Source of the DNA: Octopus vulgaris
Taxonomy: Eukaryota
Reading direction: 5' to 3'
Length of the DNA stretch: 64,000 nucleotides
NCBI GenBank assembly: GCA_951406725.2
Contig: OX597823.1
Span: forward strand, 113,026,001-113,090,000
The translations under genes were made by a program, and so were the position numbers. The notes beneath the pieces are model-generated. The model saw only the letters and a list, made by a program, of their open reading frames with translations, was not told where the DNA came from and made no database searches. Below, one piece after another: positions 55,285 to 64,000 of this stretch; the first letter of the stretch is position 1, and every line of letters begins with the position of its first letter.

Positions 55285-55994
55285 TTTTTGTCTGTATACA
55301 TATATATGAATGTGTGTGTGACTGTGCCTGTGTGTGTGTGTGCCTGTAGGTCGCTTTGTGTTTCTCATCGATATAATGTACCATACAATTCCGAAGTGTC
55401 TGCTGTTTACAAGTACATTTATTTATGTCAAGACTCACCATGAACACATCGTTGTTGTGGAATAATGTAATATTATTGGTCTGTCAAATATAGAAACTTG
55501 CCCAGGAAAGATATTTCTGTTTTCTCAATTGAAATATTTAGAGTAACAACTGATCCATTTGCTGGCAATAATAATAATAAAATAGACGACAAAGGAAATA
55601 ACATTTCCAGTTAAATATATAACAGAAAACAAAACAAGAGCAGGAGAAATCAAACAACATACCAAGAGGAGAAACGAAGTTTACACTCTCAACAATGTCA
55701 AATGTAGGAGAATTAATATAACACAGAAGATATAACAATAACAATACTAATAAAGACCAACGACCATACAGTAATACTAAAACGACAGAACACACGGGTG
55801 TCATTTTGTGAATGACTGTGTGAAAACGCGAGAGTATAAGCATATGTATACACACACACCGAACCCACAAGTGTGAACAAGAGAGACAGAGCAAAGCAGA
55901 AACAAGGAAAATGCCACTTATATTTGAACACTATACAAATATTCCTTTAAAAAAAACATTTCTTTTAATTTTTCTAAATTTAATTATTTAATCG

Positions 55995-56038
55995 TTACAG
56001 TTGAAAAGGTCTCAAAATGACTGAAACCGGTACTGAAA
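55995..56038 (+). ncRNA. Minimal hammerhead, U3-A8 core variant (copy 2)
   Basis: cag TTGAAAA ggtc-tcaaaat-gact GAAA ccgg TA ctg; the element ends ~50 bp later in a long (TA)n. Confidence 0.6.
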
Positions 56039-56079
56039 TGTTCTTTATAAAATTATTTTAGTAGTTTCTATTTTGACTT

Positions 56080-56199
<120 letters not shown>

Positions 56200-56409
56200 T
56201 ATAATTATAAGTATAATTATAATTAGCGTTCAGCAAAGATTTGCTTCACCAACATACCGGGCTTTAGAAATAGCAACCAAAGAACCCTAGCTATTTCTTC
56301 TACTTTAAGAAGAAACTCCCGGACAACAAATATTGAAAACAACCCACGTATACAGAGAGGAACATCACTAGTTACTAGTTAATTAATTTATGTTACCCTT
56401 TATTATTAT

Positions 56410-56487
<78 letters not shown>

Positions 56488-56760
56488 TTTATATATATGT
56501 GTGTATGTGAAAGAGTAGAGCATCTTACACTAAACAAATTTAGAAACAACAACTATAAAATATCAGTATTAATGCGTATTGTATATATATATGTCGAACG
56601 ATGATAATGAGTACTCAATACAGCTTAGGTGTATTAAGGCTTACATTGTTTTCATGTAAAGACAATAGGAAAATATCCTAGAGTCATAATTTTTCAAGCC
56701 GATCAAGTAGAGAAAGTTGTTCGCCTCTATTTTGGAAAATACCGCATCCTTCAGTTCTGT

Positions 56761-56893
56761 ATATTAATATTTGGCAGGAGTAACATAGTGACGCGAGGTC
56801 AGAGGGTTTCGTGCGTCGGCATTTATCAGACTTATCAAACGCACGAAATTTTCGTACCTGGAGTCACTTTGTTACTTCTACTAAATATTAATA
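56761..56893. repeat. Imperfect ~130-nt hairpin
   Basis: tattaatatttggcaggagtaacatagtgac...tttcgtgcgt / acgcacgaaa...gtcactttgttacttctactaaatattaata. Confidence 0.8.
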
Positions 56894-56948
56894 AAATTAT
56901 ACATATATCCATATTTTGAGTTCTATGTATTGTATCTGCATCAACATA

Positions 56949-57012
<64 letters not shown>

Positions 57013-57079
57013 GGTCCCGGGTTGATTCGGGGTTAACCACAGTAAGTAAGGTACTCAATACATAGCAGAGTAAAATTAA

Positions 57080-57200
57080 TTTATTATAGAAGGAGTTTAC
57101 AGACTAGTACTGTTTCATTCAAGAGAAATCTTCAGGAAGCTGAAGATTTCTCTTGAATGAAACAGTACTAGTCCTGTAGAAGCTCCTTCTATATAATAAA
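57080..57200. repeat. Near-perfect palindrome carrying hammerhead core motifs on both strands
   Basis: ...gactagtactgtttcattcaagagaaatcttcag gaag ctgaagatttctcttgaatgaaacagtactagtc... Confidence 0.88.
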
Positions 57201-57331
57201 TATATATATATATATATATATATATGCATGTATGTATATGTAGATATGTGTGTTTTTCTGTGTACGTGTGTGCATGTGTGTGTGACTGTATGTATATATG
57301 AATATATGCATACATATGCACACACACACCG

Positions 57332-57411
<80 letters not shown>

Positions 57412-57612
57412 GTGATTTCAGTACGGTGGAACAATCAGGGAACCATGAACAATGAAATATAAGAAAAGATGTTATAAAAATACAATAATAAAATCAACAA
57501 TAATATGGGAAAATATTTACAAATAAAACTTATATGTAACTGCAACAACTAACGATATTTATGAAATAAATGTAAGAACACCAACAAGAATAGAAACAAG
57601 AAGAACAACGGC

Positions 57613-57695
<83 letters not shown>

Positions 57696-58359
57696 TAATA
57701 ATAACAACAACAACAACAATAATAATAACAATATGCGAAGGAGGATATTGAAAACTTAATTAATATCGGCTGCTGGCACATTATTGGAAAAAGGGTCACC
57801 TGTATGTATTTGAGGTGATAGAGCATGCATACATATATGTATGTGCATGCGTGTGTATGTTTGTGTGTATGTACGTGAGTGTGCCTGGTTGCGCGCGTGT
57901 GCCTATTTGGTTGTCTGAGTATATATATATTATTAATTATATATGTGTACATCTACGTATATATATAAGCGTTTCGTCGAGTTGTATGCTTTGCTTTCTG
58001 TTTATTGTAATATAATGGTGCCCACATGCTATACGCAGAAAGAGAAATAAAACCTCTCATGATCTAAAACTTATTTATTCTACACTTCACTTCAGAGTAT
58101 AATTTATTATTCCATTCAATACAGTTTTACATTTATAATATTTATTATCACTTACTCATATCACATGAATAATTTCGCTCCACTTAAATATGTTTAGATT
58201 CGTTTATATACTCTATGTAGTACTTGTGATACTTGACATCATCTATAAAAGTATGCTTTATACTTTTACAATTCTATTCTCACTCTCGTCTGCCTCGCTG
58301 GTCTCCGGCTGAGATACTGCCTCAAAAGTTTTAGTTAACCATATCAACCCTAATTATTG

Positions 58360-58562
58360 TTTCAAATTTTGGTACAGGGCCAGCAATTTTAAGGAAGTGG
58401 ATAAGATGTTTACATAGGCCCTAGTGTTTAGCTGGTAATTACTTTCCTGACTCTGAAAGGGATGAAAGGCAAATTCGACCTCAGCAAAATTTGAACTCAG
58501 AACCTAAAGGCGGACAAAATGCTGCTAAGCATTTTGCCCGGGTTGCTAACGAATCTACCAGA
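58360..58562 (-). mobile_element. SINE family A, diverged
   Basis: gatgaaaggcaaattcgacctcagcaaaatttgaactcagaac...ctaagcattttgcccgg. Confidence 0.8.
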
Positions 58563-58919
58563 AAATTTGTATCTCCTACTTATTCTGTTTCCGTTTTAGT
58601 ACATCGCAATGTTACAGCGGCATAAACTAGTCTACGTCGGTTTTCAAGCATTTTGGTAAAAACCAAAGTAAATCACCAATGCGAGCGAGGGCGTGCGCGA
58701 GCATCCACACACATACACACACACATTATTTACTGTTTGAAACCTCATATTGATATTTAAAAGTAGAAAATATGTTTTCGAGAAAAATCCAATCGGCGGG
58801 TGTTGGGTTTCGTCTCTCATTTATTCATTTTATTTCATTTTAATTCATTAACGTATTTGTCCAGCCCGCAAAGGTACCCAATCTATGTACTGTCTTCATG
58901 ACAAATTTAATGAAATAAA

Positions 58920-59230
58920 TTTGCTTGCTAAGCAACTATATGGTTCTGGGTTCAGTCCCACTGCGTGGCATCTTGGGCAAGTGTCTACTACTCACAAGCC
59001 TTGTGAGTGGATTTGAGAGACAGAAATTGAAAGAAGCCCGTCGTATATTTGCATATGTATATACAGATATATATATATATGTATGTGTGTGTATATGTTT
59101 ATGTGTCTGTGTTTGTCTCCCCAACATCGCTTGTCAACCGATGCTGGTGTGTTTACGTCCCCGTAACTAAAAGGCGGTGCTCCAGCATGGCCGCAGTCAA
59201 ATGAGTGAAACAAATAAAGGAGTGAAAGAG
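58920..59230 (+). mobile_element. SINE family B with internal deletions
   Basis: gggttcagtcccactgcgtggcatcttgggcaagtgtc...aaaggcggtgctccagcatggccgcagtcaaatg. Confidence 0.85.
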
Positions 59231-59873
59231 TAGAAAGCTGTGACTTAATGATTATGCATATGCCCAGTGCAATTACTGGGTGCTTTACAATGGATTACTC
59301 AATTATTTACAAATATAACCCCTGGAATCCTGGATTGCAGGTTTTTTGCTTTGTGACCATGCTGGGGTACCACTTCATTTATTATCGCCATGTGGTAGGG
59401 CTATACGATTCTTGCAGAATACTTAGCTGGTAAAAATCACTAGTACCTGTATTTCAAATGGCCAATGTAGTCACATTCTGTGTTACACTGAATTTCCCTG
59501 AGAACTACATTAAAGGGGCGCGTGCCTGTGGAGTGCTTAACCACTTGTACATTAATTTCCCGAGGTGGCTGTTCCTTTGATTCGATCAATCAAAACACCC
59601 ATCGTCGTATTCGACGCAGTGCCCCTTAGATCTCCCTACGCTGAATTAAAAACAACAGCAACAAATCTTTTTACAAATACAGCAAAGTGATAAATTCTTG
59701 ATTGGTGTGCTACCAATATCTCTCAGACAATGAGGGACTGAGTTGTAAAGCAGTTCGTTTTGAAACCACGGAAGTTTGGGCTGAAATCCAAACGCTAATG
59801 TTTCCAACAATAGGCCTGGGCCAACCAGTGCCTTGTAACTGATTTTTTAAAAACTGAATCTGAGCTGAAATAC

Positions 59874-59915
<42 letters not shown>

Positions 59916-60191
59916 ATGTATGTATGTATGTATGCATGCATGTATGTATGTATGTATGTATGTATGTATGTATTTACGTATGTGTGTGTGTATTTGTCCT
60001 CATCTTGTTTGTTGTGGGATGAAGTTAGAATAATAGACAGAGAACACCACTGGAACATACGAAAACTAAAAGAAGCAGCACATATGTTAGGACACAACAA
60101 CCTCCTAAACAGACCGTGTGCAGATATGAATAGCATATGGAAACCGGTATTAAGAAAGGATAGGAGAATATTAGATTTATAAGCCCTAAAA

Positions 60192-60268
60192 TTCACTACA
60201 TAATTGCACAGGGGCATATGGTGCGGGCTACTAACCCCAAGATACCGAGTTCGATTCCAGGCAGTGAC
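60192..60268 (+). other. tRNA-like cloverleaf (not called a functional tRNA)
   Basis: Acceptor-like tcactac/gcagtga, anticodon arm ggg-CTACTAA-ccc, B-box gagttcgattcc; the D arm is degenerate. Confidence 0.55.
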
Positions 60269-60360
60269 CTGAATAATAACAATAAGAAGAAGAACAACAA
60301 CAACAGCATCATTGAAAAATACCTTAGGAATGAGGATCCAGGTTTGAAATTTCCCCAATG

Positions 60361-60402
60361 CACCTGATGATAGCTGGAGGGTATATCAGCCGAAACGTTG
60401 TG
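60361..60402 (+). ncRNA. Minimal type-I hammerhead ribozyme
   Basis: cac CTGATGA tagctg-gagggtatat-cagcc GAAA cg TT gtg. Confidence 0.75.
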
Positions 60403-60641
60403 TTCACAACAAAGACGTTGAGGACAAATACCCGTTAATTTTAAATAATGTAAATAATGTACATAATTCCTCATCTCTTAAATATAGAACTGTTGTATAT
60501 TTTTATGGTGATGTACTTGCATAGCGAGTGACTTGATCTGAGATCGTGTGCTGGAACGAAAACAATTGCAGCGTGGAAGGTGTTTATAAGCCATTTAAGA
60601 AACGCACAAAACCATTAGATTCACTTCAACATTTAAATTTA

Positions 60642-60694
60642 CTTTGTCAAAATATTTTCGTCGCTTTCAGACCGCGACCTGTTCACTGACAAAG
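60642..60694 (-). ncRNA. Minimal hammerhead, G3-C8 core variant
   Basis: ctttgtca GTGAACA g-gtcgc-ggtctgaaa-gcgac GAAA atat TT tgacaaag: 8-bp stem I, 5-bp stem II and palindromic stem III. Confidence 0.72.
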
Positions 60695-63086
60695 CTTATT
60701 GCTGTATATGTTGTATATTTATGTTTCTTAACTGAATTTTCCCAGAAATAATCAACAATCCCTGGAAACTGGTGAACGACTTATTTCCTAATATTCCAAG
60801 TATGTTCCTGCTTCAGTCAAAATTTATCTATAAAATAGTTTTTATAATTTTACGGTGAACTAATTTAAGAGAAAACAAGTTTGCCATCGTTGAAGTAGAT
60901 ATTTCTACAACAGTCTTCAAGTAAACATTCTTCCTGCTGCAAGGACACCTCATTCGGAGAGAAATGATTAGGCTGATGTAGTTTATTATTGTTGTTATAA
61001 GTGTTTCTATATTTGCTGTTGTTTTTGTTTGTGGAGGATATTTAACCTCAGATCATCACTAATCAAGTAGGATCGTGACCAAAATCGTTCCAGCACTGAC
61101 CAAAAATCATTATCCAAATCAAAGAATGGAATATCCAGTAAATCCCGTATATAAAACACAAACAGATATTTAAGGGAGATATTGGTTGCTTTTTCTTTTT
61201 ACAACACGATTGAGTAGGCAGAAGCTTCTAAATTGGCTCCACCACTTAAATGTTTAGATGTATGACAACCGTTTTGAAATGTCCATGTGATTAATGTTCT
61301 CAAATCTCCTCTGTTAGAACCTGGTGTGCCACAGTTGTAGTTTATATTGTAGTATATAATTTTTTACCATTACTAGGAAATCTTCTGTGTTTATATATCT
61401 TGAGTTTCAGATTGGCTTGAAGTGAATACCTGTAACGTAGGGTTTAGACATACAACCTACCTCTGAGACAGTGGAATTGCGTTAGAGACTAGATTGCATT
61501 TGTGCTCAAAGCTTTTCATCACATCACAAAATATTGCTAAATTTAAACTAAACTTAACAGCCGCGTATTATTTATTGACTCTTCCTCCATGTAGTTGCTT
61601 GAGTTCATCACAATCATTCAGAATTCACTAACTAGACAAGCACGACTTTGAATCCCTCTCTCTATTCATCAATCAATCCATCCATTCATACATACATTTT
61701 ATATACACACTCACTGACATCTCATTTTGTGTAATGTAAGTATAAAAGAATCTAAAAAAATCTTTACAGGGATGCAGATAAACAAACCTTACGTAAGTAA
61801 ACATGAATGAATCATTCACAAAGAACAAATAGTAAATACATGTGAAGACACAGTCGCTATATTATATAACTCTTCAACGTAGAAACTGATATTTTAAACA
61901 TAATCCATTGACATATCCACTTAACAGTCGAATTCGTCCAGTTATTCACCAACTTGATTTATAATCATGCTTTTTGTACTTGATTTATCTTTCAATTTAA
62001 AACAGCATAACCCACTCTGGAGCAGAAAACGTTAATGTATATCTGCATATAAATTCTGTGTATCATTTCATCATGTTCTCTGTATTCTAATGTCCATCAT
62101 CACCACTATAAACTATTTTTACAACGTATCTATTATATAGCTTTGCAGCGTCTCTAGTTTTAAACATTCAAACTCACTGTTTCTACATTACTGATCAAAT
62201 ATTCACAATACCATATACGTTAAATATACACAGGAAATATAGAATTATTCTGAATTTCTTTAAGACGATACACATTATACACTTTAACGTATGCATTTGA
62301 ATTATGCAGGTGCAGTAGAAAGGTAGAATTAAGCAGGTGCAGTAAAAAGGTTCTTTTTAGAACCTTTTATTACCAGTATAAGTTATTACCTGGAATTTGA
62401 GTTGTAGAAATGCATTCTTATGTACATGGTAATATATAGAATTAATTAATTCATTAATTCCCCCTGTAGTATGCACGTAATTTTCCCAGAATATATTTAA
62501 TTGATTTTCTTTAAACTAAAACATTGTTATGCGTATATGTATTGTATCATAGAAACTGAAACCCTTATAATTACAGAATTTGTCACATTTCCCCTTTCAA
62601 TTATTATGCCCCATGAGTTTTAGAATAAAGAGAGGAAAAAGATAAATCGAAACTGGTAAGAGACGAACAGTTAGATGGAGAAAGAAATGATGACAAGAAC
62701 GGCAATAATTATATTGGCTTAGCGCCATCTTGATTTGTTCCTCAGTCGAGAAGTATGCACATTCTGACAGGAAATAGGCAAACGCAATCTCAGATGAATT
62801 GGAATATCTCCAATTTTGGTAAGAGGCCACTAATCCACTAAAGATTCGATATTTCATTTAGTTTCCTTAAGGTTTTGCCAAACCGCGTGTCATTTATAAA
62901 ACTATAGAATCACTTGGTGCCAGATTCAAATCATTGGATTTCCCGAAATAAATGACCTGAAGAGATAAAAAAAAGAAATGTTAGGCAACATCACTTTATG
63001 TAGCCGCATAAATATTTTCCTTGTAATTTTATGTAGTATAATTAGCAAAAGTTTGATTGAACAGGTACCTGCAATAACATGGAAAA

Positions 63087-63100
63087 AACTACTGCTGCTG

Positions 63101-63179
<79 letters not shown>

Positions 63180-63287
63180 CGCTGCTGCTGCTGCTAGTGC
63201 TACTTCTGTTGCTGCTTCTGCTGTGCATGGTGATGATTACGACGATGAGTATAATACTAATAATGATATGATAATAATAATAATAAT

Positions 63288-63331
<44 letters not shown>

Positions 63332-63340
63332 TGATGATGA

Positions 63341-63375
<35 letters not shown>

Positions 63376-63391
63376 ATAATGCTAATAATGC

Positions 63392-63439
<48 letters not shown>
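63087..63439. repeat. Compound trinucleotide tracts (CTA, CTG, ATA, ATG, GTG)
   Basis: Direct reading. Confidence 0.95.
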
Positions 63440-63440
<1 letters not shown>

Positions 63441-64000
63441 GACCACAAATTCAGTCGTGTTAGATGTTGACACAGTCATAAGAGAGCTTGAGCAAGAACA
63501 AACATACAAATATTTAGGGATAAATGAAGGCTCTGGTATTCAGCATGCAAGCATGAAAGAGAAAATTAGGAAGGAATGCTATAGGAGAGTTCGTGCAGTC
63601 CTGAAATCTGAACTAAATGCACGTAACAAGGTGTTAGCTATAAATTCCTTAGCAGTTCCAGTTGTTACTTATAGCTGCAATGTGTTGAACTGGAATATGA
63701 GTGAAGTAAAGAATATAGATAGAAAAATACGCAAGCTGCTGAGTTGTAATAGGATGCACCACCCAAAGGCAGACGTAGATCGCCTTTACCTTCCCAGAGC
63801 CCAAGGAGGTCGAGGCCTGATCCAATTTGAACTAGCTTAGAAAACAACCACAATTGGACTGGCCAAATATCTCGAAATATCGAATGACTGGATGCTAAAG
63901 CTCGTGGAAAATCACGAGAGACGAAAGAAGCTTCATTCTAACATAAAGGAAAGCAAAAAATTTGCTATTGATCTCGTGCAGGATACCTAAACTGAACAAC
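63440..64000 (+). mobile_element. R4/Dong-type LINE, 5'-truncated at (TAA)n, running off the window
   Basis: QTYKYLGINE...SELNARNKVLAINSLAVPVVTYS...LNW...HHPKADVDRLYLPRAQGGRGL (end of RT and thumb), with stops at ~63838 and ~63988. Confidence 0.92.

Larger units (their letters stand above)
59991..60493 (+). mobile_element. Penelope/Poseidon-type PLE 3' end with inverted 5' pLTR stub, tRNA-like insert and HHR
   Basis: [24 protein letters not shown]...LLNR...IWKPVL* (GIY-YIG C-terminus). The 5' tatttgtcctcatcttgtttgttg is the approximate reverse complement of 60407-60430. Confidence 0.8.

Noticed and set aside
60192-60268. Functional tRNA-Ser(ACT) gene
   Set aside because: Mismatched stems, degenerate D arm, no long variable arm and no poly-T terminator. 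Treated only as tRNA-like.
62597-62857. 86-aa ORF or plus-strand exon candidates
   Set aside because: No recognisable domain and no consistent splice-frame support.
63079-63840. 253-aa ORF as a gene
   Set aside because: Chance fusion of simple repeats to a 5'-truncated LINE fragment with a premature stop.

Overview
Eukaryotic, AT-rich, microsatellite-saturated DNA. It looks intronic or intergenic, and the SINE and simple-repeat make-up resembles an octopus (coleoid) genome, which is an inference. No host protein-coding gene can be supported, and most listed ORFs are microsatellite artefacts. Real coding remnants are all transposon-derived: a near-intact 5'-truncated Penelope-like element (PLE; RT + GIY-YIG), two further PLE 3' ends, three R4/Dong-type RLE LINE pieces, a Tx1/L1-type LINE, Tc1 and mariner transposases, and a Helitron helicase fragment. 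There are also three non-autonomous Helitrons and many tRNA-derived SINEs of four families. The most striking signal is about ten minimal type-I hammerhead ribozyme (HHR) motifs from different PLE-related families. They include compensatory core variants (C3-G8, U3-A8, G3-C8) and one PLE 3' end with a tRNA-like cloverleaf between the stop codon and its ribozyme. Several local inverted or templated duplications and perfect hairpins are also present. Repeat boundaries were read by eye and are approximate.
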